NCBI GenBank assembly: GCA_031265235.1
Contig: JAISCX010000029.1
Span: forward strand, 19,137 to 83,136
Reading direction: 5' to 3'
Source of the DNA: Rickettsiales bacterium
Lineage (GTDB): Bacteria > Pseudomonadota > Alphaproteobacteria > Rs-D84
DNA length: 64,000 nucleotides
Part shown: positions 26,490 to 36,173 of the stretch, piece after piece
How the letters are laid out: each line of letters starts with the position of its first letter
How positions within the stretch are numbered: the stretch's first letter is position 1
The notes under the pieces: generated by a model
Databases searched by the model: none
Told to the model about the DNA's origin: nothing
Seen by the model: only the letters and a program-made list of their open reading frames with translations
Made by a program: the position numbers and the translations under genes

Positions 26490-27610
26490 CACTTGTATTC
26501 TTTCAGGGATTGATTCAACTGGACGCATTCTGTTCTTTTGACATAATCGCCCGTGCATTCCGCATTATATACATTCTGGGCATTTTTATATGTCGTCTTG
26601 AATTTCTCTTGGGTTACATTTTCTTGCTTTTTCCCGCCGTATTTTTCTATATCGCCCTGGCCCAGTTTCGGGAAAATCTCGTTCACCGCAAGATTTCCAA
26701 CAAGACCGACACCTATACCAACAAGCGCAGTTGTCGCACCAGTCTTCATCTTTGACGCTGCTTCGCCAGAATCCAGGCGTTCTTGCGCTGTATCAAACCG
26801 GTTCGCTGTCTTGCCGCCTGCCCCGTTTTCTCCATAATCATACAATGATGATTTATCCACAATTAATTCCGACTCTATCCCCGCAGGCATCCCAAGGTTT
26901 TCTTTCGCAGAGCGGGTCTTGTCCGCAATTCTTATATATTCCGACTTTAATTCAACCGCCCGCGCAGGATTCGAAAATCCCGGCGCTGCGCCTGTTTCTC
27001 CACGTCTGATCTTGCCGCCACGGCCGGATATTTCACAGGTTATTGTGGACAGATATGCTGCGATGTCCGCCGCTGAGTCTTCGTCTGCTTTCTTTTCTGC
27101 TGCGCCTTGGAAATAGTTCATGCCGCCGATGCCCGCCGCACCGATCGCCGCGGCCCCGATCAGCTTGTTCGCAGTCGATTGTTCACGTGCCTTTGCCTCT
27201 GCCGCTTTTTGTTTTAGATCATCCGCCCTTGTCTGATCGAAATATTTTTCATTTTCTTTTTCCACATCCGCGCCAGTTTGCGGCGGGACAGCATCATCTG
27301 GTTTTGTTTCGTCCGGTTTTTTGTTATTTGGATCTGATTCTTCACTTTCTTCACCAGAAGTCACGCCATTCTTTGCATCTTTGATCTTGTCGGACGCAGT
27401 CACTATGGATTGATCCCTCTTATCAATGGCTGCTTTTATGGTGTCGTTATCCAGATATTTAGAATATTGTTCAATCAGCTTATTAACAGTATCTTCATAT
27501 TCTTTATTGGCTTTTGCCAGGGCGGCATCCTGGGCGGAAAAATCCACCCCTTCCCCGAAAGCAAATCCGGGAACACACAGTGCGAAAAAAATCAAAATAC
27601 ATTTTTTCAT
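26489..27610 (-). CDS. secreted hypothetical protein with C-terminal glycine-zipper segment and Cys pair
   Basis: Signal peptide MKKCILIFFALCVPGFAFG. Acidic/Lys-rich middle region. C-terminal TALVGIGVGLVGNLAV hydrophobic Gly-zipper followed by NAECTGDYVKRTEC. Confidence 0.6.
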   Translation of the reverse strand: MKKCILIFFALCVPGFAFGEGVDFSAQDAALAKANKEYEDTVNKLIEQYSKYLDNDTIKAAIDKRDQSIVTASDKIKDAKNGVTSGEESEESDPNNKKPDETKPDDAVPPQTGADVEKENEKYFDQTRADDLKQKAAEAKAREQSTANKLIGAAAIGAAGIGGMNYFQGAAEKKADEDSAADIAAYLSTITCEISGRGGKIRRGETGAAPGFSNPARAVELKSEYIRIADKTRSAKENLGMPAGIESELIVDKSSLYDYGENGAGGKTANRFDTAQERLDSGEAASKMKTGATTALVGIGVGLVGNLAVNEIFPKLGQGDIEKYGGKKQENVTQEKFKTTYKNAQNVYNAECTGDYVKRTECVQLNQSLKEYK

Positions 27611-28158
27611 ATGCCCGCTTTCACCGCTTTTTCAACATCAGACTTAATATTTTTAATATTCTTTTCGTATGTGTTTTCCGCCTTGGTTAACGCCGCCGCA
27701 AAATCCTTTTTCGCCTTTTCTGTCGCTGCATCCTGTTTGTCAGCCGTTTTTTTCTCTGCCGCAGTCAGCTTGTCGGCGTCTTTTTTTTCTTTTATCTTTT
27801 GGTTCAAGGTTTCAATGCTTGAATTTGCTTGATTGATGTTATTTTGCGCCACAGCGGCGGCATCGGCTTTTGTTTTGCGCTGATCTTCGGTCGCACCGGG
27901 CATTCCTTGGGCCGTCCGCAATTCTTTTTCGGCATCTTTCAACGCTTGTTTCTGGGTTTTCAACACACGCTCCATATCATCAAGCGATGGCGGAATGACA
28001 ATAGGCCCCAACTTTGGCAGCGGCGTAATGGAAACCGGCGCCACGTCCAGGCGGGGCGCGATGGTCGCATATGATACTGCCGGCGCTTTTTCTGAAAAAG
28101 ACGGTCCGGCAAACGCGGCAAAAACAATAAACGGCAAAACAAAGTTCTTGATTTTCAT
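27607..28158 (-). CDS. secreted Lys/Ala-rich coiled-coil protein
   Basis: Start taken at MKIKNFVLPFIVFAAFAGPSFS (signal peptide). The remainder is K/A/E-rich helical low complexity. ATGA overlap with the downstream gene. Confidence 0.5.
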   Translation of the reverse strand: MKIKNFVLPFIVFAAFAGPSFSEKAPAVSYATIAPRLDVAPVSITPLPKLGPIVIPPSLDDMERVLKTQKQALKDAEKELRTAQGMPGATEDQRKTKADAAAVAQNNINQANSSIETLNQKIKEKKDADKLTAAEKKTADKQDAATEKAKKDFAAALTKAENTYEKNIKNIKSDVEKAVKAGI

Positions 28159-28232
28159 ACTCTCTCTTATTGCAAAATATTTTATCATAAATGGCATGTT
28201 AATAAAAGAGAGAAAATTCGTGATTATCTAAT

Positions 28233-28385
28233 GTGTCATTCCGGAAAATTTTTCATTCATGAAAAATTTATCCGGAACCTGGTGGGGATTGGAATCATAA
28301 TTGTTTCCGATAGCACGGCTTTATCGCCACCGACCCCACCAGATCCCGGATATTTTTGCGTTCCGCAAAAATTCCGGGATGACAC
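28233..28385. mobile_element. RPE-like palindromic repeat element, intergenic copy (A)
   Basis: 153 bp. Terminal inverted repeats GTGTCATTCCGGAAAATTTTT / AAAAATTCCGGGATGACAC. Internal palindromic sub-hairpin TTTTTCATTCATGAAAAA and paired CCGGAACCTGGTGGGG / CCCCACCAGATCCCGG arms. It abuts the prmC stop codon. Confidence 0.7.
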
Positions 28386-28387
28386 GT

Positions 28388-29341
28388 TTATTCAAACGCC
28401 AATACGCGTTCTATTCCGCCCAGATCATTGTGCGCGGATGCAAATTTCCAACTGTTCGCCGCAAAAATTTCACGCACAGCGTTACCCTGGTCCGCACCGA
28501 TTTCAAGGAATATTTGCCCGCCCGGCTTTAACAGCCGCCGCACGGATTTCGCAATAGCGCGATAAGCAGAAAGCCCGTCCGCGCCGGCATACAGCGCCAT
28601 CTTTGGATCATGCCGCGCGCCTGCGTCCACCTGCGGATCGCCCGTCGCGATGTATGGGGGGTTGGATATGATAATGTCAAATTGTGATTTGTGATTTATG
28701 ATTTGTGATTTGAAATCTTTTCTTATTATTTTTATCCTGTCATCCAATCCCAGATTCCGAACATTTCTCCGGGCGACCCGGCATGCGCGCATGGATTTAT
28801 CAATCCCGATTCCGGTCGCATTCGGGATATTCTTTATTATAGAACAAATCAAACAACCTGTGCCTGTCCCCAGGTCCAGGATGCAAGTGTCATCCCGGAA
28901 ATTTTTCGCAGAATGCGAAAAATTATCCGGGACCTGGTGGGGCTGGGAATTATAAATATTTTTTCTATCGGAAATATTTTTTAATGCCTGGTCTTGACCA
29001 GATCCCGGGTCCATCGGCGCAAATGCGCCGATGCCCCGGGATGACACATAACCCAAAACCGCTTCTACCAATATTTCGCTATCCGGGCGGGGATCCAGCG
29101 TCGCCCCACCCGTTTCGAATTCCAACCCATAAAACCATTTTTTCCCGACGATTTTTGCAACCGGAATGCCGCGCCGCAGTTTCCATGCCGCGCGCGAAAC
29201 CGAAATACGAAATACCAGATATGAAATAATGGACATATGTTTTCGTATATCGCATTTCGACAAAATCCAATCCAACACGATGCGCGCGTCATGCGCATTG
29301 CCGGATTTTGCCAAAATTTCAAACGCTTGATTTAATTTCAC
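28388..29341 (-). CDS. prmC: release-factor glutamine N5-methyltransferase PrmC (HemK) carrying a 54-codon in-frame palindromic-element insertion
   Basis: N-terminal HemK helical domain (LDPRPDSEILVE), motif I ILDLGTGTGCL, motif IV IISNPPYI. An extra 54 aa (residues about 98-151) lie between the N-domain and motif I. They are encoded by element copy B. Confidence 0.85.
   Translation of the reverse strand: MKLNQAFEILAKSGNAHDARIVLDWILSKCDIRKHMSIISYLVFRISVSRAAWKLRRGIPVAKIVGKKWFYGLEFETGGATLDPRPDSEILVEAVLGYVSSRGIGAFAPMDPGSGQDQALKNISDRKNIYNSQPHQVPDNFSHSAKNFRDDTCILDLGTGTGCLICSIIKNIPNATGIGIDKSMRACRVARRNVRNLGLDDRIKIIRKDFKSQIINHKSQFDIIISNPPYIATGDPQVDAGARHDPKMALYAGADGLSAYRAIAKSVRRLLKPGGQIFLEIGADQGNAVREIFAANSWKFASAHNDLGGIERVLAFE
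28683..28710. repeat. heptanucleotide tandem repeat (TGTGATT x4) inside prmC
   Basis: TGTGATT TGTGATT TATGATT TGTGATT encodes the reiterated HKSQI(I/T)N peptide just upstream of the NPPY motif. Confidence 0.6.
28887..29048. mobile_element. RPE-like palindromic repeat element, copy B, inserted in-frame in prmC
   Basis: 162 bp (54 codons). Terminal inverted repeats GTGTCATCCCGGAAATTTTTC / CCCGGGATGACAC, sub-hairpin TTTCGCAGAATGCGAAA, arms CCGGGACCTGGTGGGG / ACCAGATCCCGGG. Alignable block-for-block with copy A. Confidence 0.75.
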
Positions 29342-29362
29342 AAACAGATTATAATCCAGCCT

Positions 29363-30598
29363 ATGAAAAAAGCAAACATTACAAATATAATCATCTGGAT
29401 TGCCATTCTGGCCGCGATCACCGTCATTGCGCTATTCGCGTTTCCCGGCACGCGAAAAATCATAAATCCGCCGCATGAAACCATTGTGGCCGTCCAATCC
29501 GGCGATACTCTGTCCAAGCTTTTGACCGCGCAGAATCTGTCCGGGGTAGAAGCGAACGCAATCGCCGCGATGCTGAAAACCGACTGCGGCGTGTCGTCGT
29601 TGCGCGCCGGCGCGGACCATCTGACATTTGTTCGTCCTTCACAGGAATCGCCTGTTGATAAAATCGTTTTTACGTCGGGCCCTTGGAAACGCGTGGAATT
29701 AAACTGCACGGATGGCAAATGGTCGGCCCAGGTCATAGAGGTTAAAAAGGACACGCATATCGCGCGCAAGTTCGGAAAAATTCCCAGCGGCGGCGTATTT
29801 TCCCAAACAGGGATAGAAGCAGGCATACCAATCGGAACCGTTTATGAAATAATCAACCTTTTGGCGTTTGAAATAGATTTCGAGCGCGACATCCAGCCAG
29901 GCCAGGAATTCGTGGTTTTATACGAAGAAAACCTGGTGGATGGGCGTGTGATTGACGGCGGCCGCGTGATTTACGTATCCTTTGACACCCATCTTGACCG
30001 CCGCGGGAAACTGGACATGTATCGGTTTGAAAAATCGGACGGAAAATTCGGATTCTATGACTTTGACGGCAAGGGCGCGATAAAATCGCTGAAACGCACG
30101 CCGATCGACGGGGCGTCCGTTTCCAGCAAATTCAATATGAACCGCAAGCATCCGGTGCTGGGCTTTACCCGCGCGCACAAGGGCGTTGACTTTCGCGCCG
30201 CCACAGGAACCAGGATTCCGGCCGCCGGCGCCGGCAAGGTCGTGGCGCGCGGATACAATTCGGGCCATGGGAATTTTATAAAGCTGCGCCATGCCAACGG
30301 GTTCGAAACCCTGTATGCGCATATGTCGCGGTTCCAATCGGGCGTAAATGTCGGAACATCGGTGTCCCAGGGCCAGATTGTCGGATACGTCGGCTCGACC
30401 GGGTTGTCCACCGGACCGCACCTGCATTACGAAATCATAAAGAACGGCGTGCATGTGAATCCGATGACGGTGACGTTTCCGCGCATAGACGACTTAAACA
30501 AAGCGCAGAAAGAACAATTCATGGCTGTGCGCGACAAGATAGACAAGACGAACGACATTTTGCGCGCATTCCCAAATCTTTCCGTGCCGCTATCTTAA
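29363..30598 (+). CDS. M23-family peptidoglycan endopeptidase with an N-terminal OapA/LysM-like region
   Basis: HKGVDF...G.....AGAGKVV...GNFIKLRHANGFETLYAHMS...GSTGLSTGPHLHYEI is the M23 HxxxD / HxH signature. N-terminal TM/signal segment. Confidence 0.85.
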   Translation: MKKANITNIIIWIAILAAITVIALFAFPGTRKIINPPHETIVAVQSGDTLSKLLTAQNLSGVEANAIAAMLKTDCGVSSLRAGADHLTFVRPSQESPVDKIVFTSGPWKRVELNCTDGKWSAQVIEVKKDTHIARKFGKIPSGGVFSQTGIEAGIPIGTVYEIINLLAFEIDFERDIQPGQEFVVLYEENLVDGRVIDGGRVIYVSFDTHLDRRGKLDMYRFEKSDGKFGFYDFDGKGAIKSLKRTPIDGASVSSKFNMNRKHPVLGFTRAHKGVDFRAATGTRIPAAGAGKVVARGYNSGHGNFIKLRHANGFETLYAHMSRFQSGVNVGTSVSQGQIVGYVGSTGLSTGPHLHYEIIKNGVHVNPMTVTFPRIDDLNKAQKEQFMAVRDKIDKTNDILRAFPNLSVPLS

Positions 30599-32914
30599 CA
30601 ACCTTTTCCATGCGTCAATCAATTCCTCGTACCGTTCGCAATTTGCGCAAAGCCACGCGTCTATCTGCGCGCCAGCAAAGTTCGCCTTTTTCGCCGCGCC
30701 GATAAGGATGGTTCCGGAACTGTGTCCTAACCCCTGCCCGAATGACAAATCAATATTTTTCTCTGGATGTTTTTTCACATAATTATTAATGAAAGAACCG
30801 ATGTCATCGCCGGCGTCTTTGTAAAATTGCTTTGCGTTGCGCGCGTTGTTCATTTGTTCCATCAAATATTTTGTATACATCGGGCGCCAGTTCAAATCCA
30901 AAACGACGTCGGAATTATGAATCAGCGTCTGCCCGGGCGCGCCGGGTCTGTCTATGCGGGATGCGTTCGGCCGGCGGGTCAGGCGCCCGTTGTTGCCGCA
31001 TTGATAATCAATGCCTTTGATATCATAAGTTTCGGCGATATGGCGAAACAGCCACTTGTATTCATCGCGGCTTTTTGGCGCGTTTTTTATGGTCACGCGC
31101 ATATGCAGGGATTTTCCGCCGGAAAATACGACGCGGTTGACGACGCCGATGGATACCAGCCGCGCGGCTTGCGCCGTCTGTTCTTCCAGCGACAAATTAT
31201 CGGATTCATATAAAAAGTTGCAAAAACCGAAATTCGCGTCGGCATTCGTGGGCCAGCCGCGCTTGTTTAATTTTGTCGGCGCGGCTATCAGCGGATTTAC
31301 CGATTCCAGATTTCCGGCCGCGGAATAAGTGTAGTATTTTTTTTCCTTGCCGTCTTTTTTGTCCGTGTATTCGCGGCAAGCGAACGGAATTCCGTTCGGA
31401 ATATTGGTCCCGGGCGCGATAAAGAATTCCTTGCCCGCAGCGGATGGCGGGAACGCCGGCGCGCCGATCGGCGCATCGCCTTGCGGCACGGGATTTTTTC
31501 CGAACAAATCGCGCTTTGCGAACGCGCTGCCGTTCAGGACATCGGGCACCGCGACATATCCTTGGAAATTTATTCCATACAACGCTTCGCAAGAGTCGCT
31601 TATAAGCCGTTCAAGCTTTGTTATATCCTTTGCCAATTCCTCGTTCGGCGCGACAGCGTATTCCTTGTGCGCGGCGAATAATTTTCTCTCGTCACATTGG
31701 CGGTATTCCCTGCACCACCGTTCTTCATCGTCAAATAAAACATCTTTTGAAAAATCCGAATCGCGTTCCATTTCTTTTAAAATCTTTCCGGGCGATACGG
31801 TGGCCGCATCAAAAAACAACGGCGGGCGCCGCCTGTGCCGTTCTTTCATGAACGCGTCCAGTTCCGCGCGAAAGACCGTGAAATATTCGGCGGCGAAAAA
31901 CTTTATATCTTCAAAGCTGTTTATCGGCGCCTGGCCGGCGAATATATCATAGCAGGCGCCAATAAGCGCGGTCGCCCGATCTTTAATTTCCTTGCGGCGC
32001 GATATATCGTAAACGCATGCGCAAAAATCTGACATGGCGCATGTCAGCAAAAACATGGCATGGGGCGATATAAAACTGCCCGGCATTTTCTGGGCGTATC
32101 CGTCGTCTTTCTTATGACGAGTGATTATTTTGCCGCCGAAAAATTCTTCTACATCGCTGTATCCGAATTTTTCAATGGCATCCCGGTATTGGTAATAAAA
32201 GGAATACGGCTGGCCGCCATTCACACGAATATACGCGAACAAGGAATCATAAACCCAGTCTTGTATGATTTTGGAAACTTCCTTGTCATATGTCTTGACG
32301 CCCATGATCGCCGCGATTGTGCGCGCCAGGCATAATCTCGCATCTTTGAATTTCGGCGTCAAATCTTCCGCAGACACCCAGCACCATGTCAGATGAAGAA
32401 CATATTCATAATCAGGATCATTAAACCAAAAATAACACTTTGCAAAGCCAAGGCGCATCTGGGAAAAAAAGTCACTGTTTTGCTTTAACAGTTTTGCGAC
32501 CAAAATCTGACACGCATGGGCAGAAATATATATCTGCTCTACGGGGAACAATTGCCCCGGGATCGGTTCCTTGTTTTTGACGTAAATATGACCTTCGGGA
32601 ATTTTGTAGGAAAACGCCAGTTCCCTTAGAGAGTCTTTTACCCCCTGCTTGGGCAATTCAAAAATTTCGCGGAGCGAATTGTAATTCCAAGCATTATGAT
32701 TATGTATCTTCTTTCCGGCGGAATTCAGTTCATCAAAAACGGAAAGCAACCGCATATTCATAATCGCCGGACTTATATACGTGGAAAACCGTTCGGAATA
32801 AATAATCTGGTTTTTGGTATTAAATTTAATAACGCTTGCAGCGCCAGGATCAGCCTGCATTTTTACAAGCATTTTTTTTAGCGCGCTCAAATTGCTTTTT
32901 GTAGTGGCAGACAC
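30590..32914 (-). CDS. large hypothetical protein, possible primase-polymerase-like replication protein of a foreign element
   Basis: 774 aa with low-GC codon usage. The C-terminal region carries VVNRVVFSGGKSLHMRVTI, which resembles the sGxGxH motif of archaeo-eukaryotic-type prim-pol proteins, preceded by acidic LYESDN. No other recognisable domains. The call is tentative. Confidence 0.4.
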   Translation of the reverse strand: MSATTKSNLSALKKMLVKMQADPGAASVIKFNTKNQIIYSERFSTYISPAIMNMRLLSVFDELNSAGKKIHNHNAWNYNSLREIFELPKQGVKDSLRELAFSYKIPEGHIYVKNKEPIPGQLFPVEQIYISAHACQILVAKLLKQNSDFFSQMRLGFAKCYFWFNDPDYEYVLHLTWCWVSAEDLTPKFKDARLCLARTIAAIMGVKTYDKEVSKIIQDWVYDSLFAYIRVNGGQPYSFYYQYRDAIEKFGYSDVEEFFGGKIITRHKKDDGYAQKMPGSFISPHAMFLLTCAMSDFCACVYDISRRKEIKDRATALIGACYDIFAGQAPINSFEDIKFFAAEYFTVFRAELDAFMKERHRRRPPLFFDAATVSPGKILKEMERDSDFSKDVLFDDEERWCREYRQCDERKLFAAHKEYAVAPNEELAKDITKLERLISDSCEALYGINFQGYVAVPDVLNGSAFAKRDLFGKNPVPQGDAPIGAPAFPPSAAGKEFFIAPGTNIPNGIPFACREYTDKKDGKEKKYYTYSAAGNLESVNPLIAAPTKLNKRGWPTNADANFGFCNFLYESDNLSLEEQTAQAARLVSIGVVNRVVFSGGKSLHMRVTIKNAPKSRDEYKWLFRHIAETYDIKGIDYQCGNNGRLTRRPNASRIDRPGAPGQTLIHNSDVVLDLNWRPMYTKYLMEQMNNARNAKQFYKDAGDDIGSFINNYVKKHPEKNIDLSFGQGLGHSSGTILIGAAKKANFAGAQIDAWLCANCERYEELIDAWKRLLR

Positions 32915-32955
32915 GAGAATAATCTTCGCACAAATAATTTGATTGTCAAGATAAA

Positions 32956-33696
32956 TTACCGATACTGAATATCCAGCTTTGCAATTTCCGACCTAAGTTT
33001 TTCCAATCTGGCCGCGGGGGTGGGTATCGGCTTTGGATTGGTCATTATCTTTTGAAGTGCAGCCGCGACTTCGGCATCCGTCATCGGTTTGTGCAAATCC
33101 AATTCTTTCGCCCGATCGTTTTGAAAATTTTGCAGTTTTGCCCCGGAAAGACTATACGCCGCTTCCAAATATTTGATAATTGCGAACGCTTTGAATATAT
33201 ACCATTCCTGGGCTGTGGAAATTTGTTCTTTGTCTTTCAAAAAGTCGAATATCTGCTGCTTTTGCCCGGCGATGCTTTCCGGACGAATTTCGATTCTGTG
33301 AAACTGATCGGCCCATATCATATATAAAAAGTCACCGTGAATTTCCGCACTCTGCGCAAAGGTGGCAAACGCGCCGTTGAATTCGATTTTATAATCGCTA
33401 TCTTTCGCGCGCATTCTTTCTATCGAAACGGTCAAGGGTCTGGGTTTATTATGATAATCAGCGTAATAAAGCGGGCGCGCAGGATAAAATGATTCTATAT
33501 CGACAATTTCTTCATGCTTGTAATTAAATATCTTCGTCCGCGAATCAGGCAACTTCTTAGGCAATTTTGAACGGCAGGACAATGCATAGTTGGCGAAAGA
33601 ATCAATGCCGAAAGACTTTGGCAACGAATTTAATATGCTGATATTCATCATCTTTTCAAAATTTGAAAATTCTGGCATTTGCCAAATATATAGCAC
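32956..33696 (-). CDS. hypothetical protein (246 aa) co-oriented upstream of the 774-aa gene
   Basis: ORF with RBS-distance spacing to the next gene. No motif recognised. Low GC. Confidence 0.4.
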   Translation of the reverse strand: MLYIWQMPEFSNFEKMMNISILNSLPKSFGIDSFANYALSCRSKLPKKLPDSRTKIFNYKHEEIVDIESFYPARPLYYADYHNKPRPLTVSIERMRAKDSDYKIEFNGAFATFAQSAEIHGDFLYMIWADQFHRIEIRPESIAGQKQQIFDFLKDKEQISTAQEWYIFKAFAIIKYLEAAYSLSGAKLQNFQNDRAKELDLHKPMTDAEVAAALQKIMTNPKPIPTPAARLEKLRSEIAKLDIQYR

Positions 33697-33721
33697 ATAA
33701 ATATATATCTGTCAATAATAA

Positions 33722-35971
33722 CTATTTCCCAAATTTACCGGAACGGGGAAATCCGACGGGGATGGTGTGACCCTGGGATGCGCGTTTGCCCAACCATGGC
33801 GACCAATCGTCCATCAATGTCCGGCCGCGCCCGGTGGTCCAGCCGAATCCGGAATCCCTGTCAAAGAACATCGCATCCAGAACATAGGTGCGTTCGGCAT
33901 TATACTTTTGCAAAATCACGCCTTTGCCGCGCGCCATTTCCGGAATTTCCGATGCCGGGAATATCAGCAGTTTGTCATTCGAACCAACAATTGCGCAGAA
34001 TGATTCTTGCCCTTCTGCTGGTGCCTCTGCGCATAATGCCGCCGGATTTTTCGCATCCACGTTCATAACCTGTTTTCCAGATTTGGTCTGCGCCAGACAG
34101 TTTTCGCCCGCGACGATGAATCCATTTCCATGTTTTGACACCAACAGGTATTTTTCCGCCGTATTCAAAACAAAAGCCCGGACAATGCTTTCTTCCGCGC
34201 CGATATCCGATAACATGCGCACGGATTCGCCAAAGCCCCGCGCAGATGGCAGCGCGTTTGCCGCAAGCGTGAACATTTTACCGCCCGACGTGAACAAATT
34301 GATTTTATCCGTAGATTGCGCATGAAACGCGAACGCCAATTCGTCGCCTTCTTTGAATTTTATATCCAGGGCGGCCATATCCAGATGCCCCTTGGCCGCA
34401 CGTATCCAGCCCATTGCGGACAAAACGATGGTCAGCGGTTCCTTTTCGATAAAGTCGTCCGGGTTTACAACGATTTCGTCGTCGATGCTTGCCGCAGCCC
34501 AGACAGTGCGCCGCCGGCCGATGGCCGTCGTCTTGGCATATGTCTTTTTAACATCCGCAAACCATGCTTTCATCTGATCATTCTGCATATCTTCGGACGC
34601 CAGCAGCGCCAACAGTTGCTTTTGCTCTGCCCGCAGTTCTTTATCTTCGCGGCGAATTTCCATTTCTTCCAGCTTGCGCAAAGAACGCAGCCGCGTGTTC
34701 AAGATCGCCTCTACCTGAATTTCTGTCAGCGAAAATTCGGCCATCAGCACAGCCTTGGCATTATCTTCTTCGCGGATAATCTGAATAACGCGGTCAAGGT
34801 TCAGATAAACGACCAAAAGACCGCCAAGTATTTCCAGACGGCGCGCGATATTGTTCAAACGCCAGTTTGTCCGCCGGCGCAGCACATTTTTTTGATGCGT
34901 GATGAATTCGTTTAAAACGTCGCCGATTTTCATGACGCGGGGGCTGCCCGCGCTGTCGATCACGTTAAAATTCATATTGAACTTTGATTCCAAAGAACTT
35001 GTCTGGAATAAGTGCGCCATCAGAACATCCGGCGCAACGTTGCGCGTCTTTGGCGTAATTACAATGCGGATATCCGTTGTTGATTCATCAACAATGTCGT
35101 CGCAAAGCGGCAGCTTTTTCGCGTCGATCAGCCCCGCGATCTGTTCCACCAGCGCAGATTTTGTAATCCCATACGGAATTTCGGTTATAACGATCTGGTA
35201 CTGGCCGTGGCCCAGATCTTCGGTATCCCATTTTGCGCGAATGCGGAACGCCCCCCTGCCCGTTTCATAGTTTTTAACAATTGTATCAAAATCATCAATC
35301 ATAACCCCGCCGGTCGGAAAATCGGGTCCGGTCATCTTTTTCACAACCTGTGCGGTCGTTGAATTCGGCCGGTCAATCATCATGGCCAGCGCATCGCAAA
35401 CCTCTGAAACATTGTGCGTCGGGATATTGGTCGCCATTCCGACCGCGATTCCCATAGAACCGTTCGCCAGCAAGTTCGGAAAAGCCCCGGGCATTACGAC
35501 GGGTTCCAGCGTGGTGCCGTCAAAATTCGGCATCATATCAACGCTGTCTTCGTCAATGCCGTCCATTATCATCATCGCGGCCGGAGTCATTTTGGATTCG
35601 GTGTAACGGTATGCGGCCTGGGGGTCGCCGTCGATGTTTCCAAAATTGCCCTGGCCGTCTATTAACGGATATCGCACGGAAAAATCTTGGGCTAGACGCA
35701 CCATCGCGTCGTAAACGGATGAATCGCCATGGGGATGATAATGCCCAAGAACATCGCCGACGACGGTCGCGCATTTCCGGAAAGTGGCGGCTGGGGACAA
35801 TTTTTGACGCAGCATGGAATAAAGAATGCGGCGGTGCACGGGTTTCAACCCATCGCGGACGTCGGGCAGCGCGCGCGCGACAATCGTGGATACGGCGTAT
35901 GACAGATACCGTTCGCTTAACGCATCGGACAACTGCTGGGCGTCAATATTTTGAATTACTTCTTTTGGCAT
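33722..35971 (-). CDS. parC: DNA topoisomerase IV subunit A
   Basis: GyrA/ParC N-terminal domain ([14 protein letters not shown], active-site Tyr region AAMRYTE-like). 749 aa and no GyrA-box (QRRGGKG) in the C-terminal domain, so ParC rather than GyrA. Confidence 0.75.
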   Translation of the reverse strand: MPKEVIQNIDAQQLSDALSERYLSYAVSTIVARALPDVRDGLKPVHRRILYSMLRQKLSPAATFRKCATVVGDVLGHYHPHGDSSVYDAMVRLAQDFSVRYPLIDGQGNFGNIDGDPQAAYRYTESKMTPAAMMIMDGIDEDSVDMMPNFDGTTLEPVVMPGAFPNLLANGSMGIAVGMATNIPTHNVSEVCDALAMMIDRPNSTTAQVVKKMTGPDFPTGGVMIDDFDTIVKNYETGRGAFRIRAKWDTEDLGHGQYQIVITEIPYGITKSALVEQIAGLIDAKKLPLCDDIVDESTTDIRIVITPKTRNVAPDVLMAHLFQTSSLESKFNMNFNVIDSAGSPRVMKIGDVLNEFITHQKNVLRRRTNWRLNNIARRLEILGGLLVVYLNLDRVIQIIREEDNAKAVLMAEFSLTEIQVEAILNTRLRSLRKLEEMEIRREDKELRAEQKQLLALLASEDMQNDQMKAWFADVKKTYAKTTAIGRRRTVWAAASIDDEIVVNPDDFIEKEPLTIVLSAMGWIRAAKGHLDMAALDIKFKEGDELAFAFHAQSTDKINLFTSGGKMFTLAANALPSARGFGESVRMLSDIGAEESIVRAFVLNTAEKYLLVSKHGNGFIVAGENCLAQTKSGKQVMNVDAKNPAALCAEAPAEGQESFCAIVGSNDKLLIFPASEIPEMARGKGVILQKYNAERTYVLDAMFFDRDSGFGWTTGRGRTLMDDWSPWLGKRASQGHTIPVGFPRSGKFGK

Positions 35972-36173
35972 GGGGAATAATTTATATTATTTTAACCAAA
36001 AGAGCAAGTGAGAAAATTATTGACAAAATGCCGATTATTGATAATAATGTCCTTAATAATAGATAAATATAAGGAAAAAGCATGAAACAACAGACAATAC
36101 AGCCATATGAAATACCCATAGAGATAATATCAAAGGGCTATCAAAGAAAACAAGTTAGAATAATGGGATAACT

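Noticed and set aside
28231-28557. 108-aa plus-strand ORF starting in the intergenic palindromic element and running antisense into prmC
   Set aside because: It is generated by the RPE-like element and is antisense to a well-supported prmC. No homology.
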